DNA of 64,000 bases from an uncultured Treponema sp. (lineage in GTDB: Bacteria > Spirochaetota > Spirochaetia > Treponematales > Treponemataceae): positions 26,797 to 90,796 of the forward strand of contig CAMJZA010000001.1 in the NCBI GenBank assembly GCA_946410085.1. The letters run 5' to 3'. The notes beneath the pieces are model-generated. The model saw only the letters and a program-made list of their open reading frames with translations, was not told where the DNA came from and did not search any database. Below, in pieces: positions 1-8,658 of the stretch. Both the position numbers and the translations under genes were made by a program. Positions within the stretch are counted from its first letter, which is position 1; each line of letters opens with the position of its first letter.

Positions 1-2897
1 AGGTCCGCTATCTGGACAAGGGCTACCATCAGACAGGCGAGCGGAACATCAAGTTCGAGCTGCCCCTGTTCGGCGGCTTCTTTTCTTCGTCCGACGGCAA
101 TTACTACGTCATTGAGGGACAGAAGAATCCGACCGATTCCGACAAGGTGGAAGTCATCCGCATCATCCAGTACGATTCCAAGTGGAAGCGCAAGGCAGCC
201 TGGTCCCTGTTCGGAGGCAACACGAGCGAGCCCTTTGTCGGCGGCCTGCACTGCACGGAACTGGACAAGCACCTGTACATCCGCACGGGCCACCTCATGT
301 ACCAGAGCAGGGACGGACTCAGGCATCAGGCGAACATGGTGATAGACCTGGACAAAACGACAATGCAGGCCATATATACCATGACCGAGGTCAGCAGCCT
401 CGGCCCCAGCCAGTACGTGAGCCATTCGTTCAATCAGCTGGTCACGGTGAAGGACGGCGTCATGGTCGGCGCAGACCACGGCGACGCATACCCCCGCGCC
501 ATCGTACTCGGCAAGAACAAGCGCACGCTGAGCGAGCGTGACGGCGGGAACGGCGAGTACAGCTACGTGCATGTTGCGGAATTCCCCGGCGAAGCCGGCG
601 ACAACTTTACGGGCGCGTCGGTCGGCGACATCGTTGCGACCGGCTCGTATATCCTCGTCGCCTACAACCGGATTTACGACGAAGGCTACACGAACAGGAG
701 CAGGAAGACGCGGAACGTATTCCTTGCGACCGTGAAGGATTCCAAAAGCGGATTCGGCAAGCCCAGCATCAGGCAGATTACCGACTACGCGCAGGGAATG
801 GACCCCGCCCGCACGCCCCACCTGATTCAGTACGGAAAGAACGAATACCTCCTGCTGTGGACCCGCCACACGACCATATTCTACACGGCGGTCGACAGCT
901 CGGGCAAGACCGACGGCCGGATCCACAGTTTTGAAGGCAACCTGACGGACTGCAAGCCCGTTCTCTGCGGCGGCTACATCACCTGGTACGCGACGACGAA
1001 CAACAAGATTGTGTTCTACCGTATTGACCCCGAGCACATCGACTGGGGCTCGTCGCTCGTGCGCGGCGACGTGAAGACGTCCTCTGCGCCGGTCGAGGAC
1101 CTGGAGCCGGCGGCACCTGCGGAACCGGAACCCGAACCCGAGAAGCCACAGTCCGAGCCTGAGAAGCCGCAGCCTGAGCCGGAAAAGCCTCCTGTTGTCG
1201 AACCGGAAACGCCGAAGGAACCGGAGACGCCTGTCGAAACTCCCAAGGAGCCCGAAAAGCCGAAGGAACCGGAGAAACCCAAGATTCCCCTCTCGGTCGA
1301 CGTCATGCAGAAGGGGAAGGCCAAGCTCTGCAAGAACTACGAGTACACGACCGGTGACTTCACGACCAAGGACCAGTGCTACGTCTGGGATTTCTCCGAG
1401 TATATCTCTGATCCGGGCCAGTATACGATTATGTTCAGCTGTCAGTCCAATATCGGCATTGTCATGTCCGAGGCAGCTGTATTCGTGGACGGAAAGTACT
1501 ATGCCCCCTTCAATGACGTGAAACAGATTGAAAAGTCCTGGGACCTTTCGACTAAGAAGGGCAGCTTCAGCTTCAGCCTGTCCAGGAAGGCAAAGAAGGT
1601 GCAGCTCGCCGCGTTCGTCAAGGCCGCCAAGAAGGGCAGCTATTACGGTACGATCGATGTAATCCACGACCGCCTCCTCATCATCCCCCGGGGCCGGACC
1701 AGGCTCCTGTACGAGGAGTTCAGCGCGCGCAAGGACTTTGACAACGTGAAGATTCCCGACACCATCGCGGAAATCGGTCCCCACTCGCTTGAGCGGACCC
1801 TCATGGTCAGGATGGAAGTTCCCGGCACGGTCAAAAAGCTCGGAGATTTCGCCTTCTTTGATATGCCCAACCTGCAGGAAATCGTCCTGCACGAAGGCGT
1901 CGAGGAGCTGGGGGAATACTGCATTAACCTGCGGGAGTACCGGCCCGTCACCGTCGATGTGCCGGATTCCCTGTCCGTGTTCGCCCGCTACTGCATCTCC
2001 AACAATTCCACCTGGATCGTGAACAAGGGAAGCAGGGCGGACGAGTACGCGAAGAAGCAGCGCTTCGTGACGATTAAGTACCGGAACGCAACGTACGCTT
2101 CCCCGCCGACGGACGTACAGACGCCCCTGCCCCAGGAGGCTGTCATCCCCAGGGGGACGATGAAAAACTACGCCTACGAAACAGGGGACTTTACCACACA
2201 TGAAGGGGACTACGTCTGGGACTTTTCCGCATACACTTCGCAGGCGGGCCAGTACAGCATTCTGTTCAACCGCATATCCGGTGCATCGCTCGTCCTGTCC
2301 AATGCCGTCATCCTTGCGGACGGTAAGCAGCTTGCCGCCATTCCTCAGCAGCAGACGGCAGACGGCAAGAAGCGCATTACGCTTTCCTTCAGCCTCCCCG
2401 CGGCTGCAAAGTCCGTGCAGCTCAAGGCGACCGCAAAGATGGCGAAGAAGGGCAGCTGTAAGGGGACGATTGACATCCTGCGCGGATCAACGCTGATTAT
2501 CCCGGCGGGCCGGACCGCCATCGAAAAGGAAGAGTTCAGGAAGCGGAAGGACTTTACGGCGGTCATCTTCCCGGCAAGCGTTACGGAAATCGGCAACAGC
2601 GCATTCGAAGGCTGTGCCCTCACGGCGGTCGACATTCCCGGCACCGTCAGGAAGCTGGACCGCTATGCCTTCTTTGCCTGCAAGTCGCTCACCGATGTTG
2701 TCCTGCAGGAGGGCGTGACGGAGCTCGGCGAGTGGTCCTTCTGCGGCATTACGACGAAGCTGCGCATCGTCATGCCGTCGACGATAAAGGACTTCCCCGG
2801 CGGCGTAACGGAAAATATGGCCGTCTGGGTTGTCTATAAGGACGGCCCTGCCGAAGCATACGCAAAAGGCATGAACTACAAGCTGGAGTACCGGTGA
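1..2897 (+). CDS. Large secreted/surface protein with its 5' end off-window. It has a beta-propeller-like N-region, a Pro/Glu/Lys-rich linker, then two tandem ~260-aa modules each ending in BspA-type leucine-rich repeats.
   Basis: The frame is open from nt 3, with no stop before the GTG at 147 used by the ORF track, so the gene starts upstream of the window. Linker: PEPEPEKPQSEPEKPQPEPEKP. Segments such as IPDTIAEIGPHSLE..VPGTVKKLGDFAFFDMPNLQEIVLHEGVEELGEYC and FPASVTEIGNSAFEGC..IPGTVRKLDRYAFFACKSLTDVVLQEGVTELGEWSF look like BspA/LRR_5 repeats. Confidence 0.8.
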   Translation, partial: VRYLDKGYHQTGERNIKFELPLFGGFFSSSDGNYYVIEGQKNPTDSDKVEVIRIIQYDSKWKRKAAWSLFGGNTSEPFVGGLHCTELDKHLYIRTGHLMYQSRDGLRHQANMVIDLDKTTMQAIYTMTEVSSLGPSQYVSHSFNQLVTVKDGVMVGADHGDAYPRAIVLGKNKRTLSERDGGNGEYSYVHVAEFPGEAGDNFTGASVGDIVATGSYILVAYNRIYDEGYTNRSRKTRNVFLATVKDSKSGFGKPSIRQITDYAQGMDPARTPHLIQYGKNEYLLLWTRHTTIFYTAVDSSGKTDGRIHSFEGNLTDCKPVLCGGYITWYATTNNKIVFYRIDPEHIDWGSSLVRGDVKTSSAPVEDLEPAAPAEPEPEPEKPQSEPEKPQPEPEKPPVVEPETPKEPETPVETPKEPEKPKEPEKPKIPLSVDVMQKGKAKLCKNYEYTTGDFTTKDQCYVWDFSEYISDPGQYTIMFSCQSNIGIVMSEAAVFVDGKYYAPFNDVKQIEKSWDLSTKKGSFSFSLSRKAKKVQLAAFVKAAKKGSYYGTIDVIHDRLLIIPRGRTRLLYEEFSARKDFDNVKIPDTIAEIGPHSLERTLMVRMEVPGTVKKLGDFAFFDMPNLQEIVLHEGVEELGEYCINLREYRPVTVDVPDSLSVFARYCISNNSTWIVNKGSRADEYAKKQRFVTIKYRNATYASPPTDVQTPLPQEAVIPRGTMKNYAYETGDFTTHEGDYVWDFSAYTSQAGQYSILFNRISGASLVLSNAVILADGKQLAAIPQQQTADGKKRITLSFSLPAAAKSVQLKATAKMAKKGSCKGTIDILRGSTLIIPAGRTAIEKEEFRKRKDFTAVIFPASVTEIGNSAFEGCALTAVDIPGTVRKLDRYAFFACKSLTDVVLQEGVTELGEWSFCGITTKLRIVMPSTIKDFPGGVTENMAVWVVYKDGPAEAYAKGMNYKLEYR

Positions 2898-3916
2898 TGA
2901 CGGACAAGACTTTGTATCACTCAGTAGATATCGGCAGCGTCCATCTGGACGGGAACCTCTTCCTTGCCCCCATTGCGGGCTACAGTGACCGGGCCTTCCG
3001 CACCCTCTGCGTGGAATGCGGGGCTTCGCTCTGCACGACTGAGATGGTGTCGGCAGAAGCCCTGACCCGCGGCTCCGGCAAGACCGAGGAGCTCATGGCC
3101 CGGTCCCCTGCCGAAAAGACCTATGCCGTGCAGATTTTCGGCGGCACGGCAGATGTAATGGCCCGCGCCGTGCCCCTCGTCCTCGAGAAGACCGGCTGCG
3201 AAATCATCGACATAAACGGCGGCTGCCCCGTCCCCAAGATCGTCAAGAGCGGGGCGGGCAGCATGCTCACGAAGGAGCCCGACCGCCTCTTTGCAATCGT
3301 GAAGGCGGTCCGCGAGGCGAGCGAGGCATATACGCAGGCCCGCCCCGGGCGCGGCAGCGTCCCCGTCACGGTGAAAATCCGCTCGGGCTGGGACGCAGAA
3401 CACCTGACCTGGCAGGAGTGTGCCGCTGCCGCGCTTGAGGCCGGGGCAGCCGCCATCACGATACACGCACGGACGCGGGCCCAGGGCTACGAGGGCAAGG
3501 CGGACTGGGACATTCAGGCCCGGCTCGTTTCGTTCATTGCGGGCCGCATTCCCGTATTCGGTTCGGGCGATGCGCACAGCCCGGAAACCGCAAAGCGCAT
3601 GCTGGAGGAAACCGGCGTTGATGCGGTCATGTTTGCGCGCGGGGCGATGGGAGACCCCTTCCTGTTCACGCGGACCCGCCACCTGCTCACGGAAGGGCAC
3701 TACGAGCCGACCGGCATTTCCGACCGCCTCCGCGCGGGCTTCCGCGAGCTTGACATCGCGGTGCAGGACAAGGGCGAGGCTGCGGCCTGCCTCCAGATGC
3801 GCAAGAAGTTTGCCTCATATACGTCGGGCATCCGGGGCGGCGGGGCCCTCCGCTCCAAGATCGTCCGCTGTTCGACCGCTGCCGAGTACCGCGACCTGCT
3901 TGCGGAGTACCTGTAA
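2897..3916 (+). CDS. dus: tRNA-dihydrouridine synthase
   Basis: Motifs LAPIAGYSDRAFR, IDINGGCPVPKIVKSGAGSML and VKIRSGWD are typical of the Dus flavoenzyme family. ATG 2897 overlaps the upstream TGA (GGTGATGA). Confidence 0.9.
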   Translation: MTDKTLYHSVDIGSVHLDGNLFLAPIAGYSDRAFRTLCVECGASLCTTEMVSAEALTRGSGKTEELMARSPAEKTYAVQIFGGTADVMARAVPLVLEKTGCEIIDINGGCPVPKIVKSGAGSMLTKEPDRLFAIVKAVREASEAYTQARPGRGSVPVTVKIRSGWDAEHLTWQECAAAALEAGAAAITIHARTRAQGYEGKADWDIQARLVSFIAGRIPVFGSGDAHSPETAKRMLEETGVDAVMFARGAMGDPFLFTRTRHLLTEGHYEPTGISDRLRAGFRELDIAVQDKGEAAACLQMRKKFASYTSGIRGGGALRSKIVRCSTAAEYRDLLAEYL

Positions 3917-3936
3917 GGCCGGGGAGGGCAGGACGC

Positions 3937-4791
3937 ATGCGGACAGAAAAAGAGATGATGGATATAATCCTCGGGACTGCGCGTGACGATGCGAGGATCC
4001 ATGCGGTGTACATGAACGGCTCGCGGACGAATCCTCATGCCCCGAAGGACCAGTTTCAGGATTACGACATCGTCTATGTCGTGGACGAGACGGAATCCTT
4101 CATCCGCGACAGGGACTGGATACGGCGCTTCGGGGAAATCTCGTTCATGCAGTACCCGGATGAGTCGCCCGACTATCCGAGCGATAAGGCCAGCTCCTAC
4201 GCATGGCTCATGATGTTCAGCGACGGAAACAGGCTGGACCTGACGGTCATGACGGTTGCCCGTGCAAGAAAGAACGTCCTTGAGGACAGCCTGTGCGTGG
4301 TCCTGCTGGACAAGGACGGCAGCCTGCCTCCGGTCCCCGAATCGTCCGACCGGATCTACCGTGTGAAGGCGCCCTCGCCGGAACAGTTCGGCAGCTGCTG
4401 CAACGAGTTCTACTGGTGCCTCAACAACGTCGCGAAGGGCCTGTGGCGGGGCGAGGTCCCCTATGCGCAGAACATGCTGAACTTCGTGGTGCGGAAGCAG
4501 CTGGAGAGACTGTTGTCGTGGAAAGTGGGCGTGCTGACCGGCTGCTCCGTCAGCGTCGGAAAGTCCGCGAAGTATATGTACCGCTGGCTTTCGGCGGAAG
4601 AATGGCAGTCCTATCTGGACACATACTGCGGTGCGGACATCCCCGCGATGTGGATGTCGGTGGAAACGATGTGCGGCCTCTTCCGGGACACTGCGCGCTG
4701 GCTTTCGGACAAATGCGGCTTTGTGTTCAATGAGGCAGAGGCAACGGCCAGTCTTGCATATCTGAACAAAGTAAAAGAAATGCCAGGTTAA
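3937..4791 (+). CDS. Aminoglycoside 6-nucleotidyltransferase-like protein (ANT(6)/AadK family)
   Basis: The N-terminus MRTEKEMMDIILGTARDDARIHAVYMNGSRTNPHAPKDQFQDYDIVYVV parallels streptomycin adenylyltransferases of the ANT(6) family as I recall them. Length 284 aa fits. Confidence 0.8.
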   Translation: MRTEKEMMDIILGTARDDARIHAVYMNGSRTNPHAPKDQFQDYDIVYVVDETESFIRDRDWIRRFGEISFMQYPDESPDYPSDKASSYAWLMMFSDGNRLDLTVMTVARARKNVLEDSLCVVLLDKDGSLPPVPESSDRIYRVKAPSPEQFGSCCNEFYWCLNNVAKGLWRGEVPYAQNMLNFVVRKQLERLLSWKVGVLTGCSVSVGKSAKYMYRWLSAEEWQSYLDTYCGADIPAMWMSVETMCGLFRDTARWLSDKCGFVFNEAEATASLAYLNKVKEMPG

Positions 4792-4807
4792 AAGGAGGTC
4801 TGACGTG

Positions 4808-5395
4808 ATGAAAGACGTGTACGAATCCTGCCCGGAGTTTGAGGACGGCACATGGCTGCTCCGCTTCGTGCGTAAAGAAGATGCGGATGACCTGCTCGCC
4901 GTGTACGGCGACAGGAACGCGCTGCCTTTCTTTAACAGCGACAACTGCCACGGGGACAACTTCTATTACAACACGAAGGAGAAGATGGACAAGGCCATCG
5001 ACTTCTGGCTGTATTCATACGGGCAGAAATACTTCGTCCGCTGGGCGGTCATCGACAAGCTGGCAGGAAAGGCCGTGGGGACGATAGAGATGTTCCGCCG
5101 TCCGGCGGGCGCGGACTTCGGTGTCGTGGGGCTCATCCGGCTGGACGTTGCAAGCGCCTACGAGAAGGCTGAACCGCTGAAGGAAATCCTTTCCCTCATA
5201 ATTCCCCCCGCCTTCGGGATGTTCGACTGCGGTGAGATAATCTCCAAGGTTCCGATTTACGCGGTGGAGCGGGCGGAGGCGTTCGCAGGCTACGGCTTCA
5301 CCAAGACCAGCAGTTGCCTGATAGGCGGTAACGACGGATACGCCTACAACGGCTACTGGTCGCTGCGGAAGAAGCGGGATACCCGGGCCGTCTGA
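4808..5395 (+). CDS. GNAT-family N-acetyltransferase (probable)
   Basis: 195 aa. The segment RWAVIDKLAGKAVGTIEMFRR plus a following acetyl-CoA-pocket-like region resembles RimJ/RimL-type GNATs. Assignment is by pattern only. Confidence 0.55.
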   Translation: MKDVYESCPEFEDGTWLLRFVRKEDADDLLAVYGDRNALPFFNSDNCHGDNFYYNTKEKMDKAIDFWLYSYGQKYFVRWAVIDKLAGKAVGTIEMFRRPAGADFGVVGLIRLDVASAYEKAEPLKEILSLIIPPAFGMFDCGEIISKVPIYAVERAEAFAGYGFTKTSSCLIGGNDGYAYNGYWSLRKKRDTRAV

Positions 5396-5459
5396 CCGCG
5401 GGGAACTTTCCGGACCGGGAAGCTGCGCTACTGTAGCGGCCAGCCTTGCAGGGCACGGC

Positions 5460-6641
5460 TCAGCCCTTGAGCATGAAGCGGCGGGCGACCGCGATTCCAA
5501 TACGGTAGGGCAGGGGACGCAGCGCCTTGTCGGCCTTCTTAAGCTCCTCTCGGATGGCTATGTTCTGCGGGCAGTGCTGCTCGCACTTTCCGCAGCCGAT
5601 GCACTGGCTTGCGAAGGCCTTCTGTTTCCTGAGGCCAACCGTCTGCGCGAACTCAAAGCGGCCCGCGCTCTTGCGCTCGGTGAACATCTCGTTGTAGCAG
5701 CGGAATATTCCCGGGATGTCAACGTTCTTTGGGCAGGGCATGCAGTAGCGGCAGGCAGTGCAGTTCACTTTCACCTTTGCACGTATCTCCTGCCGCAGCC
5801 GTTCGATGAAGGCAAGGTCCTCCCCGTCAAGCTCGCCTGACCGCGCCTGATCCGCAATCCGGCAGTTCTCCCGGACCATATCCAGCGAGTTCATGCCGCT
5901 GAGTACGCAGGAAACGCCTTCCTGGTCGTAGAGCCAGCGGAAGGCCCACTCGGCGGGCGACCAGCGGCGGGGGTGGCCGTCAATCAGCTTCCTTGCGGCC
6001 TCGGGCAGCAGGTTCACCAGCTTGCCTCCGCGCAGGGGTTCCATCACGACGAGGGGGATTCCCATACGGTGGCACTCCTCAACTCCGGCTCTGCCCGCCT
6101 GGCTGTGCTCGTCCATGTAGTTGTACTGGATCAGGCAGATGTCCCAGTCGTAATCGTGCAGGATTTTGAGGAACATCTCGCTGTCTCCGTGGAATGAGAA
6201 ACCGATGTTCCGTATCTGTCCGGACTTCTTCTTCTCCGAAATCCATTCGGTGATTCCGATTTCCTTCAGTTTCTCCCAGGCGGCGATGTCGGTCAGGTGG
6301 TGCATCAGGTAGTAGTCGATGTAGTCCGTCTGCAGGCGGGAAAGCTGCTCGTCAAAAAAACGGTCCAGGGCCTTGCGGCTGCCGACGAGGTACTGGGGGA
6401 GCTTGGTTGCTATCTTGATTTTGTCCCGCAGTCCGTTGCGCCGCACAATCGTGCCGAGTGCGGCCTCGCTTCCCGGATAGATGTATGCGGTGTCAAAGTA
6501 GTTGACCCCGGCCTTCACGGCCTCAAGGATTTCCACCTCGGCCTTGTCTATGTCTATGCCGCCGGCCTTTCCGCTGAACCGCATGCAGCCGTAGCCGAGG
6601 AGCGAAATCGACTCCCCCTTCCTGTCCTTCCGATATTGCAT
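5460..6641 (-). CDS. Aldo/keto reductase with a C-terminal 4Fe-4S cluster domain
   Basis: AKR N-terminus LGYGCMRF..AGVNYFDTAYIYPGSE. Two Cys clusters: CTACRYCMPCP and CIGCGKCEQHCP. Confidence 0.85.
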   Translation of the reverse strand: MQYRKDRKGESISLLGYGCMRFSGKAGGIDIDKAEVEILEAVKAGVNYFDTAYIYPGSEAALGTIVRRNGLRDKIKIATKLPQYLVGSRKALDRFFDEQLSRLQTDYIDYYLMHHLTDIAAWEKLKEIGITEWISEKKKSGQIRNIGFSFHGDSEMFLKILHDYDWDICLIQYNYMDEHSQAGRAGVEECHRMGIPLVVMEPLRGGKLVNLLPEAARKLIDGHPRRWSPAEWAFRWLYDQEGVSCVLSGMNSLDMVRENCRIADQARSGELDGEDLAFIERLRQEIRAKVKVNCTACRYCMPCPKNVDIPGIFRCYNEMFTERKSAGRFEFAQTVGLRKQKAFASQCIGCGKCEQHCPQNIAIREELKKADKALRPLPYRIGIAVARRFMLKG

Positions 6642-6721
6642 GGCTTTCCTCTGCGTATGTCCGGCTCAGCCCGGTCCGGGGCTGCATTTCCCCGCGCCGG
6701 ATGAATTACTGGGCGGATTGT

Positions 6722-6860
6722 TTAAAAAAGAAAGCGGCCTGTGGTGAAATGAAAAAAAACCACAGACCGCCAAAAAAAGGAGGCAAGGCATATTGATAAT
6801 GGAGACTACATGCCTTGAAAACATTAAGTGTATGATAGCACAGCAGCAGTGTTTTGGCAA
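6722..6860 (-). promoter_or_regulatory. Promoter plus structured ~100-nt RNA ending in an intrinsic terminator, upstream of the Fe-S AKR gene. Candidate attenuator leader or small RNA.
   Basis: On the minus strand: TTGCCA (6860-6855), a 17-nt spacer, TATCAT (6837-6832). Then a hairpin CAAGGCAT/ATGCCTTG (6817-6784), then the stem GCGGTCTGTGGT/ACCACAGGCCGC (6770-6734) followed by TTTCTTTTTT. Confidence 0.45.
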
Positions 6861-6958
6861 GTAGTTTAGAAAATTTTTTTTGTTATTTCGCCTCTTTTTT
6901 GCGGGTATCCGGGACTGTACCCCTGTAAAAGATTGCCGGAACTGCTATACTGGCAGTG

Positions 6959-7987
6959 ATGAAAGAGATAGTACTTGGCAGTACGGGAATCCGTACGCCG
7001 CAGAACGCATTCGGTGCCCTCCCCATTCAGCGGGACAGCACGGAACAGGCCGTCACCCTCCTGCACAGGGCATACGAGGGTGGCATGACCTTCTTTGACA
7101 CCGCCCGCCTCTATTCCGACAGTGAGGAAAAGGTCGGCATTGCCTTCCGGGGCATGCGGGAGCGGGTCTTTATTGCAAGCAAGACGATGGCAAAGACGCC
7201 CGAAGCCTTCCGCACGGACCTTGCAACATCGCTTGCAAAGCTCCAGACCGGGTACATCGACGTGTACCAGTTCCATCAGGCGGGACAGTGCTACCGGCCT
7301 GGCGACGGGACCGGCATGTACGAGTGCATGGAAGAGGCGAAGCGGGCGGGGAAGATCCGCCACATCGGGATTACGGCCCACAAGATTTCCGTTGCGGAAG
7401 AAGCGGTCCGCTCCGGCCTCTACGAGACCCTGCAGTATCCTTTCAGCTACCTTGCTTCTCCCAAAGAGCAGGAACTTGTCGCCCTCTGCCGGGAAAAGAA
7501 CGTCGGCTTCATCGCGATGAAGGGGCTCGCAGGCGGCATTATAACCGACAGCCGGGCGGCAATGGCTTTCATGGCACAGTACGACAACGTGCTTCCCATC
7601 TGGGGCATCCAGCGGGAGGCGGAACTGGACGAGTGGCTTTCCTACATGCAGGACACTCCTGCTATGACCGGGGAACTTGCGGCGTTTATAGAGCGTGAGC
7701 GGACCGAACTGGCAGGCGACTTCTGCCGGGGCTGCGGCTACTGCATGCCCTGTCCGGCGGGAATCCAGATAAACAACTGTGCCCGCACCTCGCTCCTTTT
7801 GCGGCGTGCCCCCTCGTCCGCATGGCTTACTCCGGCATGGCAGGCGGAAATGCGTAAGATTGCAGGCTGCCGGAACTGCGGGGGTTGTGCGTCCCGCTGC
7901 CCCTACGGACTGGACACGCCTGCCCTCCTGCGGAAGAACTGGAAGGACTATCAGGCGGTCCTTGCCGGGCAGGTGAACGTGGGTTAG
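6959..7987 (+). CDS. Aldo/keto reductase with a C-terminal 4Fe-4S cluster domain (paralogue of 5460-6641)
   Basis: AKR motifs GMTFFDTARLYSDSEE. Cys clusters CRGCGYCMPCP and CRNCGGCASRCP. TATACT at 6946-6951 lies 7 nt before the ATG. Confidence 0.85.
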   Translation: MKEIVLGSTGIRTPQNAFGALPIQRDSTEQAVTLLHRAYEGGMTFFDTARLYSDSEEKVGIAFRGMRERVFIASKTMAKTPEAFRTDLATSLAKLQTGYIDVYQFHQAGQCYRPGDGTGMYECMEEAKRAGKIRHIGITAHKISVAEEAVRSGLYETLQYPFSYLASPKEQELVALCREKNVGFIAMKGLAGGIITDSRAAMAFMAQYDNVLPIWGIQREAELDEWLSYMQDTPAMTGELAAFIERERTELAGDFCRGCGYCMPCPAGIQINNCARTSLLLRRAPSSAWLTPAWQAEMRKIAGCRNCGGCASRCPYGLDTPALLRKNWKDYQAVLAGQVNVG

Positions 7988-8013
7988 GCCCGGCAGCGGC
8001 TGGCGGGTAGTGG

Positions 8014-8045
8014 GAAACAAAAATTCCCGGGCGATCTCCGGGAAT
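8014..8045 (-). terminator. Intrinsic terminator downstream of the minus-strand lipoprotein ORF
   Basis: Minus-strand stem ATTCCCGG/CCGGGAAT with a 7-nt loop, followed by TTTTTGTTT. Confidence 0.6.
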
Positions 8046-8080
8046 CATTGCACAGGAGACCGCCGGAGCCGGATAACGGC

Positions 8081-8633
8081 TTACTCGTTGGCGTAGCTCA
8101 GTGAGTAGGTCCATGTGCTCGGGGAGCTTCCTTCCGTGAACACCAGATCGCTATTTATGTCCGTCGTGGTGAGACCGCTGGTATTAGTGTCGGACGCCGA
8201 CGTACCTTTTATCGAGAATCTTGTGGCAGAGTCTATCGTCGCAATAAGGGTGTTGCCGAGCGTGATGGTAAGCGTGGTTCCGCTTATGGAATAGGTCGCA
8301 TCCCAACAGACATAGCTTCCAGAGTTATCCCGTGCGTAGTATTTCAGGTCGCTGTCGGACGTTCCCGTGATGTAATAGGGGTTCGTATGGGTTTGTATTT
8401 TCTTTGTGAAGGGCTGGTCGTTGTTGATTCCGCTGTATGTCTGCGGGGATGAATACGTTGTCGTATAGATAAATTCTGCGCAGACAAAGGTTCCGCCGTT
8501 GAGTGTGGTGATGGGGCCGGAGGCAGTTGTTGCAGCGCCTGCTGCCGGGGCATCATCATCGCCGCTGGTTTCATTGTCACAGGCGGTCAGCAGACAGATT
8601 GCCGTCAGTGCTGCCAGCAGGAATGGCGGCCAT
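8081..8633 (-). pseudogene. Lipoprotein gene lacking an in-frame start codon. Possible frameshifted pseudogene, base-call error or non-canonical initiation.
   Basis: The open frame encodes WPPFLLAALTAICLLTAC-DNETSGDDD... (lipobox LLTAC) followed by a ~165-aa T/S/Y-rich mature part ending at TAA 8083-8081. The nearest ATG (8633-8631) is offset by one nucleotide from that frame. This ORF is absent from the ORF track. Confidence 0.5.
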
Positions 8634-8658
8634 GCGCCCGTATCGTGCTTGAGGGCTG

